The notes under the pieces were generated by a model that did not search any database, was not told where the DNA came from, and was given only the letters and a program-made list of their open reading frames with translations. A stretch of DNA of 64,000 nucleotides from Patescibacteria group bacterium (GTDB taxonomy: Bacteria > Patescibacteriota > Minisyncoccia > Phycocordibacterales > JAACPR01): the NCBI GenBank assembly GCA_022711495.1, contig JAKLEX010000001.1, forward strand, positions 225,389 through 289,388, written 5' to 3'. Positions within the stretch are counted from its first letter, which is position 1, and every line of letters starts with the position of its first letter. Shown piece after piece: positions 38,160 through 48,637 of the stretch. A program made the position numbers and the translations under genes.

Positions 38160-39054
38160 ATAAATACAAGATATACTCGTCTATCTCTCTTTGACTTAAA
38201 TCGTAAAAATATTGACCTCTTTTGTGAAGATTCTTGGCCAATCTTTCTCCGACAAATCTCCAGTGCCACGGCTCAAATTGGTAGTAAGAATTATTCTCCG
38301 GATAAGACAAGGCAAAACCATAATTGTGGGCATTATCTTGCAGCCATTTATATTCCGACGATTTCTCAAATCCGGTAAAAGTGTCGCCGATGATTGAATT
38401 GGTAAAGTCAACCGTTGTTCCCAATTGGTGCTCTGAATAACCCTGATCGGCCGAGAACTGATTGGCTGTTCCGGCTCCATAAGTGACCGAATAGGCGCCT
38501 TTTAGAGAGGCTTGTTCTCCAAACGAACGATAAGCAGAAGCGATTTTTAGATCCACATCATCGTCCTTGGCATCCTCTAATAAATCTTCTAGATAAGGCC
38601 AAACCTCGCTCATGATCTGGTATTCCTTATTCGGGTGCGTCGTGTATTTACCCGGAATAGTTTCCAAATCAGACGGGACGTAATGTTCGTTTAAAAAATA
38701 TACTTTTGAATATTTTTGTAGAAGTTCCGGGTCAGTTAGCGTTATTTTTTCCAAATCATCAACGTCGCCACTGACCTTTTTGAATTCCTTTGAAAGGGAG
38801 TCCGTTTTTTCTTTGGCCGCCGCCAGCGCTTCAGCCAGAGTTGTGTTACTTTCCTGTGCCGCCAACAAAATGATCTCAATATCCGAAATTTTTTGGTCTA
38901 GCGCCTCGTTTTTGTCGCGGGCTTGTTTTTGAATGTCTAAAACCTTCCAGAAGGTAAGCGCCTGCCAAAGAATTAGTAAAATCACTAGTAGAACACCCGC
39001 TACAATATAGATTCTTTTCCTATCAGACGCCCAGATTTTACTTAAGAGACTCAT
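38152..39054 (-). CDS. Peptidase M15B, D-alanyl-D-alanine carboxypeptidase (VanY-like), membrane-anchored with coiled coil
   Basis: SEHQLGTTVDF and EPWHWRFVG zinc-ligand motifs. N-terminal TM plus coiled coil. Confidence 0.75.
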   Translation of the reverse strand: MSLLSKIWASDRKRIYIVAGVLLVILLILWQALTFWKVLDIQKQARDKNEALDQKISDIEIILLAAQESNTTLAEALAAAKEKTDSLSKEFKKVSGDVDDLEKITLTDPELLQKYSKVYFLNEHYVPSDLETIPGKYTTHPNKEYQIMSEVWPYLEDLLEDAKDDDVDLKIASAYRSFGEQASLKGAYSVTYGAGTANQFSADQGYSEHQLGTTVDFTNSIIGDTFTGFEKSSEYKWLQDNAHNYGFALSYPENNSYYQFEPWHWRFVGERLAKNLHKRGQYFYDLSQREIDEYILYLFD

Positions 39055-39074
39055 GTTTTTGTATTATCTTTTGA

Positions 39075-39467
39075 TTATTTTTTCAATAAATCCCGGATTT
39101 CGGTCAGCAATTTAACATCGGCCGGCGGCTCTGTCGGCTTGGCCTCTTCTTTCTTTTTGAAACGATTAACTTGTTTCACTACGATAAATATTGCCCAAGC
39201 CACGATTAGAAAACTTATGGCGCTGTTTATAAAGGCCCCATAATTCAAGGTCACTGCTGGCGTAGTCTCGGTTGCTGCTTTTAACACAAACATTTTATCC
39301 GAGAAATCAATTCCGCCGGTGAGAGCGCCCAGCGGAGGCATTAAAATGTCCCTAACCAGAGAATTAACAATTGTGCCGAAAGCACCGCCGATGATTATGC
39401 CGACAGCCATATCTATGAAATTACCCTTAACGGCAAAATCTTTAAATTCACGCAATATTTTCATCAT
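39075..39467 (-). CDS. mscL: Large-conductance mechanosensitive channel
   Basis: [31 protein letters not shown] signature. 130 aa. Confidence 0.85.
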   Translation of the reverse strand: MMKILREFKDFAVKGNFIDMAVGIIIGGAFGTIVNSLVRDILMPPLGALTGGIDFSDKMFVLKAATETTPAVTLNYGAFINSAISFLIVAWAIFIVVKQVNRFKKKEEAKPTEPPADVKLLTEIRDLLKK

Positions 39468-39545
39468 ACAAATGCTATTATAATCTAAATCCCAAAAAAG
39501 ACACTAACGTTGAAAATTAACGGGAAGAGTGTATGATCAGATCAT

Positions 39546-39893
39546 ATGAAGTCTGAAGAACAGATGGCCCTATCGGAACCCATTGAGAGGGAAATCGGCA
39601 TTGTTAATGGAGAAATTATTCCGGCCAACCGATTAGAAAACCAAATCAGATTGGCCGCGGCCTTGTATCGTAAAGAAGTAGATAAAGATATTGACGTCTC
39701 TTCCGTGGAAGCGCGAAATGAAACAATGATTTTTTGGTCCGGTGGCGGCGAAAAATCTTTTTCCAAAATTTACCGGGATATTGAGAATGATCCGGGATTT
39801 GTCACTCACGCGAGATTGGCTGGCGACATCCTTAACATTACTGTTGAAGATGTCTTGTCTTACAAAGAGGCCGGGAAACTACCGACGGAATAA
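39546..39893 (+). CDS. Hypothetical protein
   Basis: 115-aa ORF between convergent genes. Chosen over an overlapping 74-aa antisense ORF. Confidence 0.3.
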   Translation: MKSEEQMALSEPIEREIGIVNGEIIPANRLENQIRLAAALYRKEVDKDIDVSSVEARNETMIFWSGGGEKSFSKIYRDIENDPGFVTHARLAGDILNITVEDVLSYKEAGKLPTE

Positions 39894-39899
39894 ATCTCA

Positions 39900-40508
39900 T
39901 TATCTCTTATAGCTTTTTAGAATAAAGTAAACCACTAGAGTGAGGCAGATTAATATTCCGCTTACGAGAAGGGCGATCTGATACTTAATGTCAATAATTC
40001 GCAGATTGTTGAATAAGGATGTCGGACTGTTATTGCTGGTCAGGTTGATAGACCTTAGGACGATCTTATGCCCCGGATCTATTTTTATGGTGTAGCCGTT
40101 TCCGGATAATTCTTCCGCGGTGTCTTTAGATTGGCTAAGCAAATTTAACGGATCTGTCGGTATGGCCACGATAAAACTGGGGACTAAGGCAGACAGATCA
40201 ACTAAATTTTCACAAACTCCGGGGGTCTTGGCGCCTTCTATATAGCCCGTATCGCAGATTTCCGTTTCTGTGGCAGTAATTCCCAGATCAAGATAGTTTT
40301 GTTTGTCCAAATAATATTGTTGCACGGCCTTATTCAGGGCATTCATATCGGACAATCTTTGTGAATCGTAAGCCTTGGCGATACTTTGCGCCGGATTTAA
40401 AATCAGGATGACGATACTATACAAAACAGATATTATGGCGATGACGATGATTAATTCCAGCAAAGTAAACCCGGTTCTATAAGCCCCTTTTTTAGAGAGT
40501 AATTTCAC
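39900..40508 (-). CDS. Type IV pilin / pseudopilin (prepilin-type N-terminal cleavage/methylation domain)
   Basis: KGAYRTG-FTLLELIIVIAIISVL class III signal. Confidence 0.8.
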   Translation of the reverse strand: MKLLSKKGAYRTGFTLLELIIVIAIISVLYSIVILILNPAQSIAKAYDSQRLSDMNALNKAVQQYYLDKQNYLDLGITATETEICDTGYIEGAKTPGVCENLVDLSALVPSFIVAIPTDPLNLLSQSKDTAEELSGNGYTIKIDPGHKIVLRSINLTSNNSPTSLFNNLRIIDIKYQIALLVSGILICLTLVVYFILKSYKR

Positions 40509-40572
40509 CTCTTTATTTTCAGCGATATTTTATTCAGTGTCAAATTTCATGTTATGATGTTATCAATAAAAC

Positions 40573-41373
40573 ATGCCGTTTAAGTACAAAATCGCCGCTT
40601 TTGACCTAGATGGGACGATCGCAGAAAGCAAACGCCCTCTCTCCCAAGAAATGGTTGGACGACTTTTTGAATTAGCGAGCAAAATTAGGGTGGTAATTAT
40701 TTCTGGTGCCTCAATAACTCAATTTCAAAAACAAGTCTTAACACCCTGGCACGAAGTCACTGGCAATCAAAAGGGGGAACTAATTAAGAAAATAAATCAA
40801 AACCTTATTTTGTTGCCCGTCTGTGGCACTCAACAATATTTTTACGATGAGGAACTCGCTGACTGGAAAATCGTTCACTCGGATGATTTTGAGGATGACA
40901 TCAAAGACAAAGTCATCTCTGTTGTAAATAGTATTGTTTCAGATGCCCGTTTTGACATCGCAAAAAATCCGGCAGGTCCGTATATTGAGGACCGTGGCAC
41001 GCAGATAACTTTCTCCGCGCTTGGCCAATCGGCCGATTTTGCCGTCAAACAAACGTGGGATAAGGACGGCAAAAAAAAGAAAATTATCCGTGATGAATTG
41101 GCCAAACTTCTGCCGGAGGTTGAAGTTCGTGTCGGCGGTACAACCTCAATAGATATTCTGCCGAAAGGCTTTGACAAAGCCGTCGGGCTGCTTAGGTTAC
41201 TATTTAGCCTGGGAATGACCAAGGAAGACATGATCTTCGCTGGTGACGCGATTTTCCCCGGCGGGAACGATGAGCCGGTTGAAAAAAGCGGCATGATCTG
41301 CGTTAAGGTGGATGATTTGGCTGATACGATAGGAGTAATTGATTCCTGGCTTGAACAGATGAAAAACGGATGA
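40573..41373 (+). CDS. HAD-superfamily hydrolase (subfamily II-like)
   Basis: Motif I FDLDGTI. C-terminal GD motif (FAGDAIFPGGNDEPV). Confidence 0.6.
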   Translation: MPFKYKIAAFDLDGTIAESKRPLSQEMVGRLFELASKIRVVIISGASITQFQKQVLTPWHEVTGNQKGELIKKINQNLILLPVCGTQQYFYDEELADWKIVHSDDFEDDIKDKVISVVNSIVSDARFDIAKNPAGPYIEDRGTQITFSALGQSADFAVKQTWDKDGKKKKIIRDELAKLLPEVEVRVGGTTSIDILPKGFDKAVGLLRLLFSLGMTKEDMIFAGDAIFPGGNDEPVEKSGMICVKVDDLADTIGVIDSWLEQMKNG

Positions 41374-41377
41374 TTTT

Positions 41378-42997
41378 ATGTTTGATAAAGTAAAATCCAG
41401 CGAAATAAAATTTTCAAGACCGCCGGTCGCTTTCTTTTCAATGGAATATGGTTTTGACGATGAAAAAAATCAGTACGCCGGTGGTTTGGGCGTGCTCTCA
41501 GTTGATTTTTTGTTAGAAGCCGGTGAGCAAAATATCTCGTTTATCGCTCTCGGTTTAAAATATTCCGGCGCCGTGCTCTCTTCTAATTTCAAGGAACTTG
41601 AATTTGAAGATGGCCCTATTTTATATCTGCCGATCGCTGACCGGCGCGTTGCTTTCAGGGCGCTGTTTAAAAAATATAATGAAAACACCTATCTCATTTT
41701 GCTTGATATTGAATTACCGGAAAATTCCGATGTTGACAAAGATATTTTAAAAACTGTATATGATTCGGACGCCGAAACTTTTTTGAAACAACAGATAATT
41801 TTGGGATTGGGCGGAAACATGGTTTTGCAAAAACTTCAGATTTCACCGAGTGTTTATCATCTGAATGAGGGGCACACGGCCTTTGCCGCTCTAGGACTTC
41901 TTCTTGAAGAAGCCTGCACCAAACAGATTTCTCTGAAAGAGGCCTTCGCTCTTATTACTGGAAAAATTGTCGCAACTAAACACACTATTTTGTCAGCTGC
42001 CGGAATGCATCTTCCAAAGGGGCTTTTTGATTTTTACTTAGGCAAGTACTGTCTGGAAAGCGGCTTTTCCGTTGATGAGGTCTTTGATTTTGAGCAAGGG
42101 ACAAAGGATGATGACGACAATTTTTCAACGACCAAATTTTTGATAAAGATTGCCGGACGGCAAAACGGGGTCAGCAAGCTTCACGCGACTTATGAAAAAA
42201 AAGCTCATCCGGAAAGTAATTTAATTGCTATCACAAACGGAGTCAACAAAAATCGCTGGCAGGCTCAAGAATGGGTAGATAATGAAAAGAGTCTTATAGA
42301 AACAAAAGCTTCTCTACGATCTAATTTGATAGATTTGGTTAAAAAGAAAACGGGGCAGGAGCTTTCTCCAGATAAATTAACATTAGTTTGGGCCAGGCGA
42401 CTTACTAAATACAAGAGACCAGAGATACTGTTTATTCACCCCGAAAGGCTGTTAAAGGTCTTAAATGATGAGAAGGCAGCGATTCAGGTCGTTATCTCCG
42501 GCAATGCTCATCCATCAGATGAATTTGGCAAGCGAACTTTAAAAATGATTCTGGATTTTATAAAAGATAATCATCTGGAATCAAAGTTGGTCTATCTGCC
42601 GGATCACAATCCGGAAATTTCTCACGCGTTGGTTGCCGGTGCCGATGTTTGGCTAAACACTCCGATTCGTGGAATGGAGGCTTGCGGAACTAGTGGCATG
42701 AAGGCCGGACTGAACGGCGGATTGCAATTAAGCGTTTCTGATGGTTGGGTTGATGAAGTGGACTGGCGAGGTATTGGTTGGATTTTGCCCGATGCCGACG
42801 CAGGAAAAACCGCAGCGGCCATATTTGATTTACTGGAATCGGAGATAATTCCTCTCTTTTATAAAAAAGATAACGAAGATCGGTTTACTGACGAATGGGA
42901 AGAGAGAATGCGTAAAACTCAAGGAATTGTGTTAGATAATTATACAACCAAAAGGATGTTGGGTGACTATTTAAAGTGGCTATATCTAATAAATTAA
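41378..42997 (+). CDS. Alpha-glucan (glycogen) phosphorylase, short GT35 form
   Basis: NEGHTAFAAL, and EACGTSGMKAGLNGGLQLSVSDGW resembling the PLP-site region EASGTxNMKxxLNG. Confidence 0.7.
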   Translation: MFDKVKSSEIKFSRPPVAFFSMEYGFDDEKNQYAGGLGVLSVDFLLEAGEQNISFIALGLKYSGAVLSSNFKELEFEDGPILYLPIADRRVAFRALFKKYNENTYLILLDIELPENSDVDKDILKTVYDSDAETFLKQQIILGLGGNMVLQKLQISPSVYHLNEGHTAFAALGLLLEEACTKQISLKEAFALITGKIVATKHTILSAAGMHLPKGLFDFYLGKYCLESGFSVDEVFDFEQGTKDDDDNFSTTKFLIKIAGRQNGVSKLHATYEKKAHPESNLIAITNGVNKNRWQAQEWVDNEKSLIETKASLRSNLIDLVKKKTGQELSPDKLTLVWARRLTKYKRPEILFIHPERLLKVLNDEKAAIQVVISGNAHPSDEFGKRTLKMILDFIKDNHLESKLVYLPDHNPEISHALVAGADVWLNTPIRGMEACGTSGMKAGLNGGLQLSVSDGWVDEVDWRGIGWILPDADAGKTAAAIFDLLESEIIPLFYKKDNEDRFTDEWEERMRKTQGIVLDNYTTKRMLGDYLKWLYLIN

Positions 42998-43023
42998 CCC
43001 TTTCTATTGTGGGTAAAATCTGT

Positions 43024-43029
43024 TATAAT
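43024..43029 (+). promoter_or_regulatory. TGTTATAAT extended -10, 8 nt upstream of glgA GTG start (leaderless-type)
   Basis: TGTTATAAT at 43021-43029. GTG at 43038. Confidence 0.4.
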
Positions 43030-43037
43030 ATACAACC

Positions 43038-44546
43038 GTGATAGGCATTTTTTGTAAGAAGAATTTAAAGATTCTGTTTGTTGGCGCAGAGGCAGCTCCG
43101 TTTGTGAAAATCGGCGGATTGAGCTCTGTGATGAAATCTTTGCCGAAGGCCCTAAATGAGATTGGGCACGATGCTCGGGTTATGATCCCGAAATATCTTT
43201 CTATTGATACTGAAAAATATTTTTTGAAGATGGAACATGAAGGATTGGAGGTTCCAACGGGGAATTCCGCTGAACCGGACCACCTAGTTTGTAACGTCAG
43301 ACGTTGTGATCCAATTAAAGAGGAGGGAATCGTTACGACCTATTTTTTGGAAAATCAAGAATACTATGAAAAACGCGCTAACGTTTACGGCTATTCTGAC
43401 GATCCGGTTCGTTGGGCGCTACTCTGTCGTGGTGTCTTAGAATTTATTAAGAAGAATAGAAACTGGGTGCCGGATGTAATAGTTTGCGCCGACTGGCAAT
43501 CTGCTCTTATACCAAACTTTTTAAAGACAACTTATTCTAATATTCCGAAATTAACCAAAATAGCCACGGTCTTTTCAATTCACAATCTTTACTTCCAGGC
43601 CATGTATGACCATCGTTTCGTGTCGGAAATGGATTTTGATGACGGGCATTCGGAAATTCCGGGATTTGATAATCCGCGATTGACTAAAATTAATTGGATG
43701 AGAAGAGGTATTATGTACGCTGATGCCATAAATACCGTTTCGCCAACTTACGCCAAAGAAATTATGACCAAAAATTATGGTGAACTGCTTGACGAATTGC
43801 TTCGCGAACGCCGTTCGGTTCTTTCCGGAATTTTAAACGGAATTGATTATGATCTCTGGAATCCGGAAAAGAATCCGCATGTAGCCTTCCCTTATTATGC
43901 TAGAAACCTTTCGGCTCGGGCTAAAAATAAGGCCAGTTTACAAGGACAATTTAATCTGCCGATTAAAAAAGATGCTTTTATTATGGCGATTGTTTGCCGA
44001 TTTACAAAACAAAAAGGTCTTGACTTGTTAATGCCGATTTTGGACCTGATTTTGCAGGAGTTACCGGCGCAGTTAGTTATTGTCGGTGAAGGTGATTCGG
44101 AATATATGCACTTCTTCCATAATTTGGAAACAAAATATCCAGACAAAGTCGCGGTCCATTTGAAATTTGATAGTGTTTTGGCTCACAAAATTTTTGCTGG
44201 AGCTGATGTGGTTTTGGTCCCTTCAAAGTTTGAGCCTTGTGGTTTGGTTCAGCTGGAAGCCATGAGAATGGGCACCATCCCAATTGTTAGAAAGACGGGC
44301 GGGTTGGCGGATAGTGTTGAAGACTATAGTCCGGAAAAACAGACTGGTACCGGATTTGTTTTTGAAAAATTTGATTCATCATCGCTTATGATCGCCATTA
44401 TTAGAGCTTTTGAAAATTTCCGCGATAGGGAACGTTGGCAAGAATTACAAAAGCGCGCGATGTCAAAGGATTTTTCTTGGGAAAGTTCGGCAGAAAAATA
44501 TGTAAAATTGTTTTTGCAGGCGATCGCCATACATGGACCAAAATAA
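43038..44546 (+). CDS. glgA: Glycogen synthase (GT5, ADP/UDP-glucose type)
   Basis: KIGGLSSVMKSLPKAL N-terminal motif. About 500 aa. Confidence 0.85.
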   Translation: MIGIFCKKNLKILFVGAEAAPFVKIGGLSSVMKSLPKALNEIGHDARVMIPKYLSIDTEKYFLKMEHEGLEVPTGNSAEPDHLVCNVRRCDPIKEEGIVTTYFLENQEYYEKRANVYGYSDDPVRWALLCRGVLEFIKKNRNWVPDVIVCADWQSALIPNFLKTTYSNIPKLTKIATVFSIHNLYFQAMYDHRFVSEMDFDDGHSEIPGFDNPRLTKINWMRRGIMYADAINTVSPTYAKEIMTKNYGELLDELLRERRSVLSGILNGIDYDLWNPEKNPHVAFPYYARNLSARAKNKASLQGQFNLPIKKDAFIMAIVCRFTKQKGLDLLMPILDLILQELPAQLVIVGEGDSEYMHFFHNLETKYPDKVAVHLKFDSVLAHKIFAGADVVLVPSKFEPCGLVQLEAMRMGTIPIVRKTGGLADSVEDYSPEKQTGTGFVFEKFDSSSLMIAIIRAFENFRDRERWQELQKRAMSKDFSWESSAEKYVKLFLQAIAIHGPK

Positions 44547-44564
44547 TTTTTCTGAGAGATTTAT

Positions 44565-46061
44565 ATGAAATGGGCCAATTTTTTACACTTTTACCAACCG
44601 GCGCAACAACAGGCAGATATTTTAGAGGCCGTTGCGACTCAGTGCTATCGTCCGGTTATCACGAGCATTTTCAATAATCCCAAGGCGAGGATGACTATCA
44701 ACATCAACGGCTCTCTCTTGGAGTTGTTTGATAAATATGGCTATCAAGACTTAATCAAAATGTTGCGCGAACTGGGCGAACGAGGACAGGTAGAATTTGT
44801 TAGTTCGGCCAAATATCATGCTTTTTTACCCCTTCTAGGTAAAGAAGAAATCTTAAGACAAATTAAAATTAATGATCAAACAAACGCTCATTACTTAGGG
44901 GAAAAAGCTTATCGTCCCAAAGGCTTCTTTTCACCAGAGATGGGTTATTCCAAACATGTCGCGGAAGTAGTTGAAGAAGCCGGTTTTGAGTGGATGATCT
45001 TGGACGAAATAACCGCCACGGGAAAGGTGGGCGCCGTTGACTATTCCAAGACTTATAAAATCCAAGGGACAAAGTTAAAAGCTTTCTATCGAGAGAGACG
45101 TCTAAGTAACGCCATTATGAGTGCCGTGGTTAGAAACACAGATTCTTTGGCCGAGGCCATGGCTAATGAACTGGCCGGGGATAAATATGTTCTAACCGGA
45201 ATGGACGGAGAAACCTTTGGCCATCACCGCCCGGGGCTAGAAAAACTTCTTGAGAATGTTTATAAAGATAATCGTTTTGAACTGGTGACGATTTCTGAAC
45301 TTCCAGATTTATATCCGGAGGTTGTTGAAACTGAACCGGTGCCATCAACCTGGGCCAGCAGCCAAGACGATATTGATCGTCACATTCAATTTTTATCCTG
45401 GAAAGATCCAGAAAATCCAATACACGCGTGGCAGTGGGAATTGTTTAATCTGGTAAATAAAACGGTTAGGTCAACTAAAGTGCCCGAAAATGATAGGGAA
45501 CTGATTTGGAGAAAAATGGATATTGCCACCGCGAGTGATCATTTCTGGTGGGCTTCGGCTAAACCGTGGTGGAGTCTGGAAATGATTGAGGCCGGCGCGT
45601 TCATGCTACTTGACGTGATGAGGAGCGTCCCAAAGATTTCTCAAAAACTTGTAAAGAAAGCCGAAGATCTATACTTAAAAATTATTTCAACCGCCTGTGA
45701 TTGGCAGAGAACGGGAAAAGTTCGAACCATGGCTAAAGCTCAACGGACGATAACTCGCATTCCGTTCAAAGATCGAACCGTTGGCCGAGGAGGCGCCGAA
45801 GAGGGCGTTTATCATGCGTTTATCAAAATGATGCGCGATTTGGAGCAAAAAGCCGTGCAGAATCACGAGTATGAAAAAGCCATCCTTTGGAGAGACGCCG
45901 TTTTTAAATTAGAAAACAAGCTTGATATTTATGAGGCCATAAATATTATTGATCTTGTTAGACTTGAAATTCCGTACGAAGAAATAGAAAAAACTATTGA
46001 TAAATATAAAGATGAGTACCGACGAATTCGCGGAGGTCAGCCGGAACAGAGGGGCGCGTAG
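44565..46061 (+). CDS. Glycoside hydrolase family 57 (alpha-amylase/branching-enzyme type)
   Basis: N-terminal LHFYQP and GMDGETFGHH motifs characteristic of GH57. Confidence 0.7.
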   Translation: MKWANFLHFYQPAQQQADILEAVATQCYRPVITSIFNNPKARMTININGSLLELFDKYGYQDLIKMLRELGERGQVEFVSSAKYHAFLPLLGKEEILRQIKINDQTNAHYLGEKAYRPKGFFSPEMGYSKHVAEVVEEAGFEWMILDEITATGKVGAVDYSKTYKIQGTKLKAFYRERRLSNAIMSAVVRNTDSLAEAMANELAGDKYVLTGMDGETFGHHRPGLEKLLENVYKDNRFELVTISELPDLYPEVVETEPVPSTWASSQDDIDRHIQFLSWKDPENPIHAWQWELFNLVNKTVRSTKVPENDRELIWRKMDIATASDHFWWASAKPWWSLEMIEAGAFMLLDVMRSVPKISQKLVKKAEDLYLKIISTACDWQRTGKVRTMAKAQRTITRIPFKDRTVGRGGAEEGVYHAFIKMMRDLEQKAVQNHEYEKAILWRDAVFKLENKLDIYEAINIIDLVRLEIPYEEIEKTIDKYKDEYRRIRGGQPEQRGA

Positions 46062-46107
46062 ATCTTTATCTTAGAATTATTTTAGAATTTTCTTAAGAGG
46101 CGCTTAC

Positions 46108-46632
46108 TTATTCTAGAGTTGAAATTCCAATAACGATGCTCGTCTCTCCTTCTTCAGAAGTTCCTATGTAGAGACCAACATTTCGACCATCTTTGTCGGC
46201 TGAGAGGACAGCGGCGTTACCCATAGAAGTCATCTGTGAAATTGTCCAGCCGGCTTTTTCTAACTCCGTTTTGTAGAAATTAGAAACAGTCAAGGCGTTG
46301 TCATTCGTGATAAAAGAAGCGGTTAGTCTATTTTGACCGTCTTGTTCTGTAACAGACCCGGCTAAAACAGCTGCACCAGGATAGCTAGGGACGTCGCTCG
46401 GCCAATTTGCCGGCAAAGAATTTGTACCGACGGTAACGGTTCCGTCTTCGGAAGTATAAGTTACATCGCCGTTTAATTTTTGATTAATTTCTACACCCGG
46501 CGCGATTGTCTTTTTACTGCCGAAAACAAAGAAAGCGATTAGGGCAATAATTACAACAGCGATAATTCCGTAAATTTTCTTTTTTGATCCAGAAGAATTC
46601 TCAACTGGTACATTTGAATTTTGTTCGTCCAT
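46108..46632 (-). CDS. Membrane-anchored extracytoplasmic hypothetical protein
   Basis: N-terminal TM (IIAVVIIALIAFFVF). 174 aa. Confidence 0.45.
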   Translation of the reverse strand: MDEQNSNVPVENSSGSKKKIYGIIAVVIIALIAFFVFGSKKTIAPGVEINQKLNGDVTYTSEDGTVTVGTNSLPANWPSDVPSYPGAAVLAGSVTEQDGQNRLTASFITNDNALTVSNFYKTELEKAGWTISQMTSMGNAAVLSADKDGRNVGLYIGTSEEGETSIVIGISTLE

Positions 46633-46713
46633 GATAAATTATTTATCTAATAATTTTCCTCACTAAATCTGCATAAAAGTATAACACTCTGTCGCTTTAA
46701 AATCACTCATTAA

Positions 46714-46745
46714 CAAAAACCGCGCTTAAGCGCGGTTTTTGTTAA
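46714..46745. terminator. Bidirectional rho-independent terminator
   Basis: AAAACCGCGC-ttaa-GCGCGGTTTT. Confidence 0.7.
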
Positions 46746-46760
46746 TCCTAAAATTTGGAT

Positions 46761-48563
46761 TTAGTAGGTTGTTGTTGAATCTTTAACTAGCTCCCAAGCT
46801 CCTCCTGGCCCAATCCACATCCAGTGGTATCCGACTGGGTGATTTGGATATTTTCTCTCCATTCTTTCACAGCTCTTCATACCATAGAGATGTGAATGGC
46901 TAGGAATTACATCTCCCCATGAATACTGGGTTGGTCTAACTACGCCTTCCTTTGCAGGATAATCAGTTCCGCCGGCAGGGTTTCTTATGCCTGGGCAGAT
47001 CTTGTATTGTATTTGCTGACCGTTATATGTTGTATAACCAATTTCTCCACTTGCATCAGTATTTTGCATGTAGTAACCAGGAATCGTAGATATACCACTT
47101 TGACCCATAGTTGCCACTAACTCTTCTACTGATTGATTATATGCGCCAACCGCTCCTTGAGTGAAGTTTTGAGAGAATTGAAGCAGACAGTCATTGACGG
47201 TGCTTCCTTTTTCCCAACAATCTCGCCAACAATCACAGTTAATTCTGCCGGCATCACAAACGCCATTTGTTGAGTGGGTCATGGTGTAACCAGCCTCTGG
47301 AAAAGCCTTGTGAATACATATATCATTTACGACATGTTGTCTTGCCCCATCTATAAATAAGTAGTTTGTCGTCGTTGCTGGAGTAGTTGATGCGGTAGAA
47401 GAGCCAATATTCTCAACGACCTCAATAGCCTCTTCTGCCAATCCTTCCGCTTCTACGGCATAGTCAAGAGCATCGTCGTAATCTTCATCGTCAAACTCTT
47501 CTTCAGCCGTATCCAGTTGTTCTTTTGCTGAATCTACCAAGCCGTTTGCTTCGTCAATGGCCTCTTCCGCCCCATCTTTAACATCGTCGTATTCGCCATC
47601 CTCAAAATCTTGCTCGGCTTCTTCTACGACACCTTCTGCCTCTTCGATGGCGTCTTCGGCGTCGTTAATAGCCTCTTCGGCGTCATTTTCATCGGCATCA
47701 ACTTCTTCAGCTAAATCTTCCGCTTCCTCGGCCTTTTTTTGAGCTTCTTCTGCCGAATCAATGGCCTCATCATAATCCTCATCATCAACAGACTCTTCAG
47801 CATCCTCTAACAAATCTTTAGCTTCATCGACAAGCTCCTCGGCATCTTCAATATCGTTATCATCAGCATCCGATACGTCTATAGCATCTTCAGCGTCATC
47901 TATAGCATCTTCAGCGTCTTTAATTGCTTCTTCTGCACCGTCTTCGTCTTCGTCGTAAGAAGCTTTTGATTTTTTCTTTAACGCGTCTTCAGCCTCTTCT
48001 GCCTTTTCCACGGCATCAACTCCAAGTGTTAGGGCTTTGTTATATTGACCTTTGTTATAAGCATCCTCCGCGTCGTCCAGTATTTTCTCGGCGGCTTCCC
48101 ATAATTTTGTGGCAGAACTATTCTTTGCTTTTTTAACTTTATCGTAAACTTCACTTACGGTATAGATTGCCTCGTTTATGGAAGAGGCGGCCTCTCTTTG
48201 CTGGCCCTCCACGCCACCGACATTGCCGGGATTTCCGGTAACCAATGTATTATATTTCGCGATAGACTTTGCTCCGAAATAGCCCGCAGCTGGAGTGACT
48301 CCATTGGCCGCTTGCCATCTCTGAACTGCACCCTGGGTTGCGTTACCGAAAAAGATTGTTTCATTTCCAGCTGAACCAACGCCAGATTGCGCCACCTTGT
48401 AACTGGTGCTGTTTAAGTACTGCTGCAGACATCGCACGTCTTCACCGCTTACTCCTAGATTTAGGTCTCGGGTGAAAGAACAAGCCGCATCAGCCCTGCT
48501 GATTCCGACAAAAAGCAGAACCAACACAGGCAACAACCAGCTCATTTTTCTTAAATAATTCAT
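46761..48563 (-). CDS. Secreted PG-binding-domain protein with polyacidic repeats and Cys-rich C-terminal domain (family member 4)
   Basis: Signal peptide. CSFTRDLNLGVSGEDVRCLQQYLNSTSY. Conserved REAASSINEA...YNKGQY linker shared with the 10449 gene. Acidic modules. About 200-aa C-terminal domain with 10 Cys. Confidence 0.7.
   Translation of the reverse strand: MNYLRKMSWLLPVLVLLFVGISRADAACSFTRDLNLGVSGEDVRCLQQYLNSTSYKVAQSGVGSAGNETIFFGNATQGAVQRWQAANGVTPAAGYFGAKSIAKYNTLVTGNPGNVGGVEGQQREAASSINEAIYTVSEVYDKVKKAKNSSATKLWEAAEKILDDAEDAYNKGQYNKALTLGVDAVEKAEEAEDALKKKSKASYDEDEDGAEEAIKDAEDAIDDAEDAIDVSDADDNDIEDAEELVDEAKDLLEDAEESVDDEDYDEAIDSAEEAQKKAEEAEDLAEEVDADENDAEEAINDAEDAIEEAEGVVEEAEQDFEDGEYDDVKDGAEEAIDEANGLVDSAKEQLDTAEEEFDDEDYDDALDYAVEAEGLAEEAIEVVENIGSSTASTTPATTTNYLFIDGARQHVVNDICIHKAFPEAGYTMTHSTNGVCDAGRINCDCWRDCWEKGSTVNDCLLQFSQNFTQGAVGAYNQSVEELVATMGQSGISTIPGYYMQNTDASGEIGYTTYNGQQIQYKICPGIRNPAGGTDYPAKEGVVRPTQYSWGDVIPSHSHLYGMKSCERMERKYPNHPVGYHWMWIGPGGAWELVKDSTTTY
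47878..47919 (-). repeat. Perfect 2x21-nt tandem duplication inside acidic repeat coding region
   Basis: TCTATAGCATCTTCAGCGTC[A/T] twice, encoding DAEDAID twice. Confidence 0.8.
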
Positions 48564-48637
48564 AAATAAAATTAAACTAATAATTTGATAATTACGGGTG
48601 AATTATACCACAAAGCGCTGTTCTTTGAGGGGGTGGG

